A stretch of DNA of 64,000 nucleotides, taken from positions 111,354,001-111,418,000 of the forward strand of contig CM059432.1 of NCBI GenBank assembly GCA_030390025.1, in the 5' to 3' direction. The notes under the pieces are model-generated. The model worked only from the letters and a program-made list of their open reading frames with translations, was not told where the DNA came from and did no database searches. The stretch comes from Squalus acanthias. Lineage: Eukaryota. Positions 35,622 through 49,164 of the stretch are shown one piece after another. Each line of letters opens with the position of its first letter. Position 1 is the stretch's first letter. The translations under genes were made by a program, and so were the position numbers.

Positions 35622-38218
35622 GAATTACATAGAATACACAGAGTGGAAACAGACTATTCGGCCCAACTAGTCTGTGCTGGTGTTTATACCCCACATGAAT
35701 CTCCTCCTATTCCATCTATCTCATCTCAGCCTTTCAGCCAGCCCTTTTCTCTCCTACCCTGTCCAACACATTGATAATTTTAAAGACTTATGTTCACCTC
35801 TAAATCGTCACTTTTCTAAAGAAAAAAGCCCCAACCTGTTCAATCTTTCCCAATAGCTGTAATCTCTCAGTTCTGGTACCATCCTTGTAAATCATTTTGT
35901 ATTTTCCCCAAGTGCTTCTATGTCCTTTTTTTAGTATGGCGACCAGAACTGTGCACAGTATTCTGTGCGGCCTGACCAGGGTCCTATACAAGTTGAACAT
36001 AACGTCATTATTTTTGAATTCTATACCCCTAGAAATAAATCCAGTGCTTTGCTTTGCTGACCTGCGATGCTGCTTTTAATGATTTATTCACCTGTATCTC
36101 TAGGTCCCTTTGCTCTTCTACCCCATTCAGTTTCTTACTTTCGACGGTGCAGGTGATATTTTAATGTTTCTTACTAAAGTGCATCACCTTACATTTATCT
36201 ATGTTAAAGTTCATTTGCCACTTAACTGCTCAGTCTGCAAGTTTTCTAATGTCTTGTATTATGTTGCATTCTTCCTCGGTGTTAGCTATACCCCCCAGTT
36301 TGGCATCATTTGCAAATTTTGATGTTGAGTTACTTGTTCCTAAGTCCAAATCATTAATGTAAATTATGAATAACAGTGCTCCCAGCACTGATCCTTGTGG
36401 AGCATCTCATTCTACCTTCCTCCAATCTGCATAACTATCCTTTACACCCACTCTGCTTTCTACTTTTTAGCCAATTTGCTATCCATTCAGCTGTTTGTCC
36501 CCTGACTCCACATGCCCTAACCTTTGTCATGAGCCTATTGTGTGGTACCTTATCGAAGACCTTTTGAAAATCCAAGTATTTGACTTTTACTGCATTACCC
36601 TTATCTACTCTTTCTGTTACCTCTTCGAAGAATTCTATCAGGTTAGTTAAGCATGACTTAGCCTTTCGGAATCCACGCTGACTATTTTAAATTATATTTT
36701 CTGTCTCTGGATGCTCTTCTATCACTTCTTTTAGTACAGATTCCAGTATCATTCCTATCACTGGCGTTAAACTGACTGGTCTATAGTTCCCAGGTTTTGT
36801 TCTAGCTCCCTTTTTGTATGTGGAACAACATTAGCTGTCCCCCCAGTCCTCAGGCACTACCCCCTCTTCTGTGGAACATAAGAACATAAGAACATAAGAA
36901 ATAGGAGCAGGAGTAGGCCAATCGGCCCTTCGAGCCTGCTCCGCCATTCAATAAGATCATGGCTGATCTGATCCTAACCGCCAATCTACTATCTATCACA
37001 GAACCATCTCCTGCATCTAACAGAATTGCACACACGAAATAGGAGCAGAATCAGGCTACACAGTCCCTGGGCCCGCTCCACTACCCACAGGGCCATGACC
37101 GATCCGAACCTAGACTCATGTCCAAATTCCTGCCCGCTCCCCGTAACCCTTAATGCCCTTTACTTCTAGGAAACTGTCTATTTCTGTTTTAAATTTAATT
37201 AATGTTGTAGCTTCTACAGCTTTTTGTGGCAGCATATTCCATGGACCTACCACCCTCTGAGTGAAGTAGTTCCTCCTCATCTCAGTTTTGAAAGAGCAGC
37301 CCCTTATTCTAAGACTATGTCCCCTAGTTCTCGTCTCACCCGTCATCGGGAACATCCTCCCCGCATCCACCCGATCCAACCCCTTCACAATCTTATATGT
37401 TTCAATAAGATCGCCTCTCATTCTTCTGAACTCCAATGAGTAGAGTCCCAATCTACCCAACCTCTCCTCATATGACCACCCCCTCATCCCCGGGATTAAC
37501 CGAGTGAACCTTTTTTGCACTGCCTCGAGAGCAAGGATGTCTTTCCTTAAGTAAGGACACCAAAACTGTATGCAGTATTCCAGGTGCGGTCTCACCAATA
37601 CCTTGTACAACTGAAGCAATACCTCCCTATTTTTATATTCTATCCCCCTAGCAATGAAAGCCAACATTCCATTTGCCTTCTTAATCACTTGCTGCACCTG
37701 CATACTAACCTTTTGAGTTTCGTGCACCAGGACCCCCAGATCCCTTTGCACTTCAGTACTCTCCAGTTTCTTGCCATTAAGATAATAAATTGCTCTAGGA
37801 TTTTTCCTGCCAAAGTGCATCACCTCACACTTTCCAGTGTTGTATTCCATCTGCCAAATCTCTGCCCACTTACTTAGCCTGTCTATGAACTTTTATATAA
37901 TATAAACCAGTGCCACTGCTATCTCCTCCCTGGTTTCCTTGAGTATGCGTGGGTACACACCATCCGGACCTGGGGTTTTATCCTCTTATAGTTTTGCTAG
38001 TTTATCAATTATTTTCTCCCTTTCTCTCCCGACTATTAATATTCTTTTTAAGCTCATCCTCTAATGAAGTGTCTATTTCATTATCTTCTTTAAAAACTTT
38101 GGTGAAGTAGGTATTCAATAAATCTGCCATTTCTTTGTCATTACCTGTGAGTTTGTCTTACTCATCCTTTAGTGGCCCTATCCCTACTTTAATTTTCCTT
38201 TTTATTATTTATGTGTCG
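35622..38218 (-). mobile_element. Old CR1 LINE with a younger CR1 nested at 36875-37885
   Basis: RT motifs in broken - frames on both sides of the insert. Confidence 0.88.
36875..37885 (-). mobile_element. Young 5'-truncated CR1 with doubled 3' UTR
   Basis: ORF 37116-37850 (244 aa) nearly identical to the 45.5-46.2 kb copy; tail (TTCTTATG)n. Confidence 0.95.
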
Positions 38219-39067
38219 AGTTTCCCTATAGTGTTACAAATGTTTTAATTGACATTGTAAAGTGACTGCAATCCACAAATGACACATTCCAGTGTGTGAA
38301 ACAGTATAATTTGCAGTGTGATAAGATGAACTTATTTGCTGGGAATGCTCAGTGAAGATGTGGCATGAAATTAAATATGTTAAAAATTGGCCAGTGTAAT
38401 TTACACTGAACTGGAAAATAGAAACTGCTCTGAGTTGGGCCTTACTGTGGTATACTTCACGTTACTTTATTGCTTCAGTAACCACTGTCACTTACACTAT
38501 TCCTAAGTGGCATTCCCTATGACTGGAAACTCGTATCTCATCTTGGCTGGGCTTCCACAAATATTTTCTATTTGTAATGCTAACACCTTACGGGATGTTT
38601 GATTGGCAAAAATCATCAGGTATTCTTATGAAGCAGCTATTGAGATGTGATCCTTTTACACGCAAAGTATTGAATCTACCAAACATTTTGAGAGTTGTTC
38701 CTTGTACCGTTACAGCTGGGTATTTACCCAGAGAGTTCCTCCTTGCACCATTACCAATAGTTACTGTTGCATTTTTGTATTTTTACACTACATATTCTAC
38801 CTTTGTGTCATTGGCCAGTTCTGTAAGCGGACTTTGCCTATCCTCTGGACCAGAGTGTGGCTTTACATACACACATCTTTGAGGGTGCCAGAACAAGTTG
38901 ATAAGGCTGTTTTAAAAACAAACACATACAGGATACTGGGCTTTATAATCAGAGACAGAGAGTACAAAAGCAAGGAAGTTATGCTAATCCTTTACGAATC
39001 ACTGGTTAGGCCTCAGCTGGAGTATTGTACCCAATTCTGGGCACCACACTTTAGGAAGAATGTCAAG

Positions 39068-39543
39068 GTAGGGAAAGAGAGCGGCAATCGGGAGGGAGAA
39101 ATCGGGGCTTGGTGGGGGAGGAAGAAAGTGGCAATCACGAGCGAGAGATCGGGGGTTGATGGGGAAGTCGCTGATCGCGGCAGGGGTGAAACAGAGGCCA
39201 CGGTCAGCTGAGGGAAGGCCGAAGGCTTCCTTGATGGGCTGGGGGGATGCTCACCTGCTCCTCACGAGGAGTGCTGTAAAGGCACTTAATTTCTCGAGCC
39301 AGCAGCGCCCACCTTTCTTTTACTGCTGGGTTTCCTGAGCTTTGGGAACACCGGTTGGCAACTGTTAAATTTTAATTGCACTGTGGGAGCCTGATTTAAA
39401 TAAGTTAAATCAAGCTCCCACACTCGCATGGCACGCTACCCGCTGCCGTGAAAATGGCAGCAGGCACGTACGCGGCGGGTTGGGATGTGTTCCCATCACC
39501 CGACCCTCTCCCGCCCGTCTTAAGGGGGTTAATGTTAAGGCCC
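39068..39543. mobile_element. Harbinger-like MITE fragment following a CR1 fragment (38860-39067)
   Basis: Ends GGGGTTAATGTTAAGGCCC; GC-rich; related in style to 7105-7687. Confidence 0.4.
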
Positions 39544-39653
39544 ATGGGTGGAACATGGACACCTTGCTGCTAACCTCTGGCTTATTAGAAGTTATCACAT
39601 GCCTCCACCTGGTCTCATTTTTGGTAAGTATATTTACAGTATTTAAATCTCAA

Positions 39654-40108
39654 CCTTAGCTCAGTGGTGGCACTCGAGTCTCCCAGTCTGAAGTTTGTGG
39701 GTTCTAGCCCCACTCCAGAGACTTGCGTGTGTAATCAAGACTGACACTCCTGGCAGTGCTGAGGGAGCGCTGCACTGTTGGCGTGCCACCTTTTAGACGA
39801 GACGTTAAACTGAGGCCCTGTCTGCCCATTCAGGTGGATATAAAAGATTCCACAGTACTCTTCATGGAAGGGCTGGGGAGTTTTCCCAGTATCCTAGCCA
39901 ACATTTATCTTTCAACCAACACCATCAAAAACAGATTAACTGGCCAATGTCGCATTGCTGTTTATCGGAACTTGCTGTGCACAAATTGGTTTCCAAGTTT
40001 GCCTGAAATACAACCGTGACTGTACTTCAAAAGTAATTCAGTGGCTGTAAAGTGCTTTGCGACGTCCGGTGATCCTAAAAGGTGATACCTAAATTCAAGT
40101 ACTTTCTT
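39654..40108 (+). mobile_element. tRNA-head Deu-domain-like SINE with L2-type tail
   Basis: A box TAGCTCAGTGG, B box GGTTCTAGCC, central CAGTGCTGAGGGAGCGCTGCACTGT..GACGTTAAACTGAGGCCC; diverged - strand copy at ~57550-57890. Confidence 0.75.
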
Positions 40109-41053
40109 CATCAAAACTCAACAGAAATCTTCCCCCTGCACTAACTCTCAACACAATTGATCCTTAAAATACAGTCACTCACTTCATAAGTGGCAAAATG
40201 CCACCACTGAGCCTCGTATTAACTTTGTAATCTTGATGGCTTCAACCTATCTGTTGGCTGCAAGAAAGCCAGCCTCAGATATGCCATTCAAACGCCTTTG
40301 AAGATATAATAAAACAAACAACATTAACAATTGTTGGTGTAGTGTTCACTTTCGGTACGTGCGGCTGTGGATGAGCCACCCATCGCATGCTCCGTTCGAT
40401 TTTCCTTTCCTTTGACTTCCGCTGATCCGATACTTAGAAGCATAGGAACGGGAGCAGGTTGTTCAGCACCTCGAGCCTGTTCCGCCATTCTATTAGGTCA
40501 TGGCTGATCTGTACCTCGACTCCATTATCCTCGATTATGGAAAAAAAAATGAAAATTTGTCAAAAATAACACACCAGACCAAGGAGGAACTCAGTGGTAA
40601 GTTTTATCCACTGGTAACATGGCCATTGAGTTCTGTTCCTCTTCAATATTTCAGTGATGAATCTTTGCTGGGACATTTCAGTTCCCATCCTGCTTGCTTT
40701 ACAGAGTGTTTTATAGACGAGCACTGGAAGACAGTGGGTAGAGAGGAGGCAATACAAGGTACTGATAGTAACACAGTTGGGAATGATTTTCAATAACTAC
40801 TCAAACATATCACCATTGGATTTTTAAAATTATTGTTGATCTGTTAGACAAAGAACAACACATTTTATACAGAGTAGTGGTTGTGAATAATGAGCAAGGG
40901 AGCAGGAATATGTTTCATTGCCGATAAATGCTCATATACTGTGCTTTTATATCCAGGTGTAACAGTTACATGAGACCAGTGTAATGCTATTTACAATACA
41001 CTAACAAATACTCTTTTGCTATCGTTTAGTTTACTTGTCTCTTCTTTCTCTAG

Positions 41054-41228
41054 AAAAACAATACGGATCAAATTTGTCCCCCACAAATCAACACAGATTC
41101 ATTTTCACAGTTGAGTGTCTGTTCTCGACTCATCTCTGTTTTAAAATACCTCCTCCTAACCCTTGTGATTCCACCATTCCTGAATTATGCATCTCTACAG
41201 AGAGAAGGAACGTTACTTCAGCCTCAAG
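41054..41228 (+). CDS. Exon 2: KNNTDQICPPQINTDSFSQLSVCSRLISVLKYLLLTLVIPPFLNYASLQREGTLLQPQ(E), includes hydrophobic anchor
   Basis: Acceptor TTGTCTCTTCTTTCTCTAG; donor AAG|GTGAGA; 175 nt, phase 0 to 1; hydrophobic stretch followed by PPFLNYASLQREG. Confidence 0.85.
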
Positions 41229-41424
41229 GTGAGATATTATACACTCCTGCACCTATAAGCTCATCTGTATAATGAAATGTGTTTATTAGCCTTAGATGTT
41301 CAAAACAAATTGCAATATAGAAATAAATAATTGCCCCAGTTCACATGTTGTAATTAGCAGAACTAATGTTGGGTAAATTGAGACAAGGAGTGGTGCCAGC
41401 TTAATGTTCTGGAACTAAATATCA

Positions 41425-43454
41425 CATCTGTGTGCGCTGTCCAGCCTAGTCCCACTTTCCAGCTCTTGGTCCGTAGCCCTGTAGGTTACAGCGCTTCAAG
41501 TGCATATCTAAGTACTTTTTAAATGTGATGAGGGTTTCTTTCTCTACCACCCTTTCAGGCAGTGAGTTCCAGACCCCCACCACCCTCTGGGTGAACAAAT
41601 TTCTCCACGGCTCCCCTCTAATCCTTCTACCAATTACTTTAAATCTATACCCCCTGGTTATTGACCTCTCTGCTAAGGGAAATAGGTCCTTCCTATCCAC
41701 TCTATCTAGGCCCCTCATAATTTTATACACCTCAATTAAGTCTCCCCTCAGCCTCCTCTGTTCCAAAGAAAACAACCCCAGCCTATCCAATCTTTCCTCA
41801 TAGCTAAAATTCTCCAGTCTTGGCAACATCCTCATAAATTTCCTCTGTACCCTCTCCAGTGTAATCACATCCTTCCTGTAATGTGGTGACCAGAACTGCA
41901 CGCAGTACTCTAGCTGTGGCTTAACTAGTGTTTTATACAGTTCAAGCATAACCTCCCTGCTCTTACTTTCCTTTATTAGCCGAGGCATAGAATACATCCT
42001 GTAGACCTTCTTAACCACCTTATCTACCTGTCCTGCAACCTTCAGGGATCTGTGGACATGCACTCCAAGGTCCCTCTGTTCCTCTATGCATCTCAGTATC
42101 CTACCATTTATTGTGTAATCCCTTGCCTTGTTAGCCCTCCTCAAATGCATTACCTCACTCTTCTCCGGATTGAATTCCATTTGCCACTTATCTGCCCACC
42201 TGACCAGTCCATTGATATCTTCCTGCAGTCTACAGCTTTCTTCCTCACTATCAACGACATGACCAATTTTTGTATCAGCTGCAAACTTCTTAATCATGCC
42301 CCCTACATTGAAGTCTAAATCATTGATGAATACCACAAAAAGCAAGGGATCGAGTACTGAACCCTGTGGAACCCCACTGGAAACAGCTTTCCAGTCACAA
42401 AAACACCCGTTGACCATTACCCTTTGCTTCCTGCCACTGAGCCAATTTTGGATCCAAGTTGCCACTTTCCCTTGGACCCCATGGGTTTTTACTTTTCTGA
42501 CCAGCCTTGCTAAAATCCATGCAGACTAAATCAAATGCGCTACTCTCCTCGAACCTCCTTGTTACCACCTCAAAAAAAATTCAATTAAGTTAGTCAGACA
42601 TGACCTTCCCTTAACAAATCCATGCTGACTGTCCTTGATAAATCCTGGCTTTTCTAAATGCCGATTAATACTGTCGCTCAGAATTTTTTCCATTAATTTG
42701 CCCATCACCGAGGTTAGGCTGACTGACCTGTAATTATTCGGTCTATCCCTTTTTAAACAATAGTATAAAGTTAGCAGTCCTCCAGTCCTCCTGTAGCAAG
42801 AGCGGATTGGAAAATGATGCTCAGAGCCTCTGCTATTTCCTCCCTTGCTTCTCTTAACAGCCTGAGATACATTTCATCCGGGCCTGGCGATTTATCTACT
42901 TTCAAAGATGCTAAACCCCACAATAATTCCTCTATCACTATGTTTATCTCATTTAATATTTCACACTCCTCCTTAACTACAATGTCTGCATCGTCCCTCT
43001 CTTCTGTGAAGACAGACGCAAAGTATTCATTAAGAACCATGCCCACGTCTTCCGTCTCCACACACAGGTTACCTTTTTGGTCTCTAATAGGCCCTACTCT
43101 TTTTTTAAAATTTGCCCTACTCTTTAGTTATCCTGTTGCTCTTTATGTATTTATAAAACATCTTTGGGTTTTCCTTGATTTTACTTGCCAATATTTGTTC
43201 ATGTCATATCTTTGCTTTCCTAATTTCCTTTTTAATTTCACCTCTGCACTTGCTATACTCCTCTAGGCTTTCTGCAATATTTCGTTCTCCGTATCTGACA
43301 TAAGCTTCCCTTTTTTGCCTTACTATTTTCCCTTGACATCCATGGGGCTCTAGATTTGGGAGTCCCGTGCTTTTTCTTTGTTGGAACATACTTGCTTGAA
43401 CCCTAACTATCTCCACCTTGAATGCCTCCCATTGCTCAGACACCGATTTATCTT
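41425..43454 (-). mobile_element. CR1 LINE (RT ORF 41446-42465); remainder resumes at ~46462-46548
   Basis: 339-aa RT C-terminal ORF with PQGSVL, FAADTK and PQLEYCVQFW. Confidence 0.95.
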
Positions 43455-46400
43455 TATCTATCTGAATGCACGTAGCATTCGTAACAAAATAGACGAGTTA
43501 ATGGCACAAATAACTACATATGGGTATGATCTTGTAGCCATTACAGAAACATGGTTGCAGGGTGACAATGCCTGGGAATTAAACATACCAGGTTATTTAA
43601 CGATCAGGAAGGACAGGCAGGAAGGAAGGGGAGGTGGGGTGGCTATGTTAATAAGGAAGGAATCACTGTAATACAGAGAAATGATATTGGGTCAAAAGAT
43701 CAGGATAATGAAACAGTTTGGGTGGAGATAAGGAATAATAAGGGGAAAAAAACACTAGTGGGCGTAGTCTATAGGCCTCCGAATAGTTGCAACTCTGTTG
43801 GACGGAGTATCAATCGGGAAATAGTTGAGGCTTGTAATAAGGGAACATCTATAATTATGGGGGATTGAAACTATCATATTAATTGGACAAATCAAATTGG
43901 GCAGGGCTGCCTTGAGGATGAGTTCATTGAGTGTATTAGGGATGGGTTTCTTGAGCAGTATGTAACTGAACCGACCAGGGGGCAATCAACCTTAGATGTG
44001 GTCCTGTGTAACGAGACAGGATTAATTAAAAATGTCCTAGTAAAGGATCCCCTTGGAATGAGTGACCATAACATGGTTGAATTCCATATTCAATTAGAGG
44101 GTGAGAAGGTTGGATCTCAAACAAGCGTGCTAAGCTTAAATAAAGGAGACTATGAAGGTATGCGAGTGGAATTGAGTAGAGTGGATTGGGAAAATAGATT
44201 AAAGGGTAAGACGATACATGATCAGTGGTGTACATTTAAGGAGTTATTTTACAACTCCCAAAAAAAATGTATTCCACTGAGAAGAAAAGGGTGTAAAAGA
44301 AAAGACAGTCATCCGTGGCTAAGTAAAGAAATTAAGGATAGTATTCGACTAAAAACAAGGGCTTATAAGGTAGCCAAATCTAGTGGGAGGATAGAGGATT
44401 GGGAAAACTTTAAAAGACAGCAAAAAATAACAAAAAGATTGATTAAGAAAGGGAAGATAGATTATGAAAGTAAATTAGCAAAAAATATAAAAACAGATAG
44501 TAAGAGTTTTTATAGTTATATAAAAAGAAAAAGGGTGGCTAAAGTAAATGTTGGTCCCTTAGAGGATGAGACTGGGAAATTAATGGTGGGAAATATGGAG
44601 ATGGCAAATACACTGAATGAATATTTTGTATCAGTCTTTACAGTAGAGGACACTAAGAATATCCCAACACTGGACAAACAGGGGGCTATGGGGGGGAGGA
44701 GCTAAACACGATCACTAAGGAAGTGGTACTCAGTAAAATAATGGGACTCAAGGCGGATCAATCACCTGGACCTGATGGCTTACATCCTAGGGTCTTGAGG
44801 GAAGTGGTGGGAGGGATTGTGGATGCATTGGTAATAATTTTCCAAAACTCCCTGGACTCAGCAAAGATCCCGGCAGACTGGAAAACTGCTAATGTAACAC
44901 CCTTATTTAAAAAGGGCAGTAGACAGAAGGCTGGAAACTATAGCCTAACATCTGTGGTAGGTAAAATTTTGGAGTCCATTATAAAGGAGACAGTAACGGG
45001 ACATTTGGATAATCATCATTTAATAGGACAAAGTCAGCATGGTTTTATGAAGGGGAAGTCATGTTTGACAAATTTGCTGGAGTTCTTTGAGGAAGTAACA
45101 CACAGGGTGGATAAAGGGGAACCAGTGGATGTGGTGTATTTAGACTTCCAAAAGGCATTTGACAAGGTGCCACACAAAAGATTATTGCTTAAGATAAAAA
45201 ATCACGGGATTGGGGGTAATATTCTGGCACGGATAGAGGATTGGCTATCTAACAGAAGGCAGAGAGTTGGGATAAATGGTTCATTCTCAGACTGGCAATC
45301 AGTAACTAGTGGTGTTCCGCAGGGGTCAGTGCTGGGTCCCCAACTCTTTACAATCGATATTAACGATTTGGAGGAGGGGACCGAGTGTAACATATCAAAG
45401 TTTGCAGATGATACAAAGATGGGAGGGAAAGTAGTGAGTGAGGAGGACATAAAAAATCTGCAAGGGGACTTAGACAGGCTAAGTAAGTGGGCAGAGATTT
45501 GGCAGATGGAATACAATACTGGAAAGTGTGAGGTTATGCACTTTGGCAGGAAAAATAGTAGAGCAAGTTATTATCTAAATGGCAAGAAACTGGAAAGTAC
45601 TGAAGTACAAAGGGATCTGGGGGTCCTGGTGCACGAAACTCAAAAGGTTAGTATGCAGGTGCAGCAAGTGATTAAGAAGGCCAATGGAATGTTGGCTTTC
45701 ATTGCTAGGGGGATATAATATAAAAATAGGGAGGTATTGCTTCAGTTGTACAAGGTATTGGTGAGACCGCACCTGGAATACTGCATACAGTTTTGGTGTC
45801 CATACTTAAGAAAAGACATACTTGCTCTCGAGTCAGTACAAAGAAGGTTCACTCGGTTAATCCCGGGGATGAGGGGATGGACATATGAGGAGAGGTTGGG
45901 TAGATTGGGACTCTACTCATTGGAGTTCCGAAGAATGAGAGGCGATCTTATTGAAACATATAAGATTGTGAAGGGGTTGGATGCGGGGAGGATGTTCCCG
46001 ATGATGGGTGAAACTCGAACTAGGGGGCATAGTCTTAGAATAAGGGGCTGCTCTTTCAAAACTGAGATGAGAAGGAACTACTTCACTCAGAGGGTGGTAG
46101 GTCCATGGAATATGCTGCCCCAAAAAGCTGTAGAAGCTACATCATTACATAAATTTAAAACAGAAATAGACAGTTTCCTAGAAGTAAAGGGAATTAAGGG
46201 TTACGGGGAGCGGGCAGGAATTTGGACATGAGTCTAGGTTCGGATCGGTCATGGCCCTGTGGGTAGCGTAGCGGGCCCAGGGGCCGTGTAGCCTGATCCT
46301 GCTCCTATTTCGTGTGTCCAATTCTGTTAGGTTCAGGAGATGGTTCTGTGATAGTAGATTGGCGGTTAGGATCAGATCAGCCATGATCTTATTGAATGGC

Positions 46401-46465
46401 GGAGCAGGCTCGAGGGGCCAATTGGCCTACTCCTGCTCCTATTTCTTATGTTCTTATGTTCTTAT
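43455..46465 (+). mobile_element. Young CR1 with nearly complete ORF2 (several frameshifts and stops) and doubled 3' UTR
   Basis: Starts at IYLNARSIRNK (endonuclease start); RT motifs; TTATCTT duplicated at 43448-43454 and 46462-46468. Confidence 0.96.
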
Positions 46466-47639
46466 CTTCAAGTAGCTGTTTCCAGTCCACTTTTGCTAAA
46501 TCACATCTCAGCTTAGTAAAGTTGGCCTTTCTCCAGTCGAGAACTTGTTACACACAATTACACCCTCACACCAGCGGAGGGTGTAATTACAGCAGGACAA
46601 GTTTACATAGACAGTTTCCATTTTAAATGTAGACATAGGAATATATAATAAAAATATGTATAAAAATAAGCACAGAATATTAAAATGGTGACAGAATTAG
46701 GTCCGTGTGCCCTGGTCCAATTACGGCACACCCTGTTGCCCCTGAAGACTACACTTGGTCTCGACTCTCCTGTGCGCAATGTCACAGGAGGTTGACTAGC
46801 GTGCGCACTTTCTGCAACTTTTTGACACGTTTGGAATGGAATCTTCCTGTGTAATCTTGCCAAGCTGTGTACACTCCTCCAGTGGCCACGTTGTAGCATC
46901 AGAGTTGTGCCTCTCCCAGCCCCTAAGCCGGGACTCAAAGAAGCTCCCATGCTTCAGCCGACTCGATTTCTCTGCTTCGCAAATTGCTCTATTTTTCTAT
47001 TTAACTATAAATCATATAAAATCAAAGTATTATATAAAAATAAGGACAGAATACATGACTTTAAAGTGGAGCCTGAGTTATGTCATTGCACCGTAGTCCA
47101 ATTATCCAACTACACTCGGTCCTCACTCCCTGTGTGCAATGCTGTGGGAAATTGATATATAAAATAATTTAAAAAGCAGTAAAATAATATTATCTTAATC
47201 TGCAGACTGTGATCCTGAACTGGGTTTCATTGTTTGAACAGCTACCTATCATTCACTCTGGAATTTAAAGCAAAGGTTTATTTTGGTGCAATGCTCAGTG
47301 ATATTATCCCTATTAAAAGAGATCTCAGTTTTTTTCCCCAGTTGCATGACTTGTTACAAATTGCAAGCTTGATGTGTAGAATATGGTGACCTGCTATACA
47401 GAGAACATTAGATATCCGTGAGTTACTACGTAGAAACTATAATAGTACAGCTGAATACAGTTAGTCTAAACTGCATTTCTTAATGCACCTACAGTGTTAC
47501 AGTTCACACAAACTTTTCTCTCATGTTCACAACAAAAAGACAGAGATGTAGACTCGTAAGCGGAGTGAGTCTCCGATGATCAAAAACTTGCACCTTTAAA
47601 TGTGCTGTCTGATTTAGTGTGTGCAGGATTAACAATTAC

Positions 47640-48830
47640 CCCCTAGTTATATATCGACTACTATAGATCACGTGGGATATCCACCTTGTTCTCCAGACTT
47701 TTTCACGCATATGCCATGCCATTAGGGCAATGCATTCAGGCGAAAACCAATAAACTTAATTACAGATTGAATAATACATAGAAGGAGCAAGGCATAACAA
47801 GATATGGAGAGTTCAATACTTAAAAATATAATTAATCCACAACTGGTTATAATTAATGCACAACTGGTTAAAATACCCAAATGTGCTACTTACACAACTT
47901 GATAAATTGATGGGACATTGGGATGAAACCGTGGTTAATATACTTTCATGATGTGATGTTGCACGTGGATGATGTAAATCTCCAATATGCCACAAAATTT
48001 GAATCGCCAGTCAGGACTAGAGCCATGGTTCACTAGACTAAACATTCCAAACGCTTCTGCAGTCACAATTGTCAGTCATCATTGATCAATGACACAATGT
48101 TTGGGGCTGTTGCGTATCTTGCTAATGAACAGATGTTGAAGCCTGTTCGATCTTTTGCATATCGGGTAATTCTTCGACCAGATTTAATCTAATTAGCAGC
48201 TCGAACGAAGCCTCTGTATCATGACTAGTTTCTGGAACAATCAATCTGGCCTTGACTCGACGATATCATGTTTCTTCGTCGCTTTTGAAATTTGAGTAAG
48301 GAAATACGATATCCATTCTAATTCCAGCTATCTTGAACCATTCCATTAAATACAGACAGAAATGTCTCTCTTTGTCATAGGAATGAAAGCCTGGCTTTCA
48401 TTATAAAACTCTCGTTCAACAATCTGATACACCCTGTGTTTCAGTGGTCACAGCTTCTATATCTTTCTCTGATGAATATACTTTCTCTCTTTCCATATTG
48501 CATATGCATTGTCTTATGTTTCTTGATCAACAGGTCTTTTTCGCTTCCATCTCTTTCTGTTTTGTCTTAAAATACTCCTGTGTATTTTTTGTCTTAAAAT
48601 ACTCCTGTGCAGCGCCTTGGGTCGTTTTACTACGTTAAAGGCGCTATATAAATACAAGTTGTTGTTGTTGTTTATCTTAGTACAGATGGAGAGCAGGGTA
48701 GTTGATAAAGGTATAAGCAACCTTTATCACGACATATAACTCTGTGTAGGGTAGTACTAGTATAAAAAGTGATGTGCTATTCCTAAGGAGTCCCATATGA
48801 TTTTTAATAATGATGCAATCTCTACTGGCT
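47640..48830 (-). pseudogene. Possible highly decayed retroviral/LTR-element internal remnant, split by an L2 tail at ~48560-48672
   Basis: Minus strand IWDSLGIAHHFLY*YYPTQS (integrase-core-like), broken protein-like frames, hydrophobic IELSISCYALLLLCIIQSV, then purine run TAGGGGG and TGT. Confidence 0.25.
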
Positions 48831-49164
48831 ATTTCCTTCCTGCTTTTTCTGTATTTTTGAGATCCACTCCCACATTTTGGAGGCAACCTCTCAATCTATC
48901 ATCCTCCTATTTCCCCCTCCTTCACACCCGAAATCCATCAGCCTGCCTCAGATCCCTTTTCCGCGTGTCTGCCTCTATTTTTCGTCCTTCTCCTTTGTTT
49001 TTTTCTTGCTCAGGAGGGAATATTGCTAAATCCCAGCGCTTGAAAAATCAGATGAAGTACAGAAAAAGTTGGAGAAGAGTTGGGGAATGGTGGATAAGAC
49101 ATGGGGGTGGAAGAAGGCAGTGGGAGGGAGGAAAGAGAAGTTCAGGGGACATTTCTACCTAATA

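Noticed and set aside
40500..40796. 98-aa ORF with nearby splice-like sites
   Set aside because: Begins in a CR1/SINE tail fragment, is not needed for the exon 1-2 phase and has no recognisable motif
46252..46310. HDV-like ribozyme suggested by the GGCCCUG/CAGGGCC 7-bp stem
   Set aside because: No P3/L3 consensus or J4/2 catalytic segment could be fitted; better explained as a diverged CR1 3' UTR duplicate
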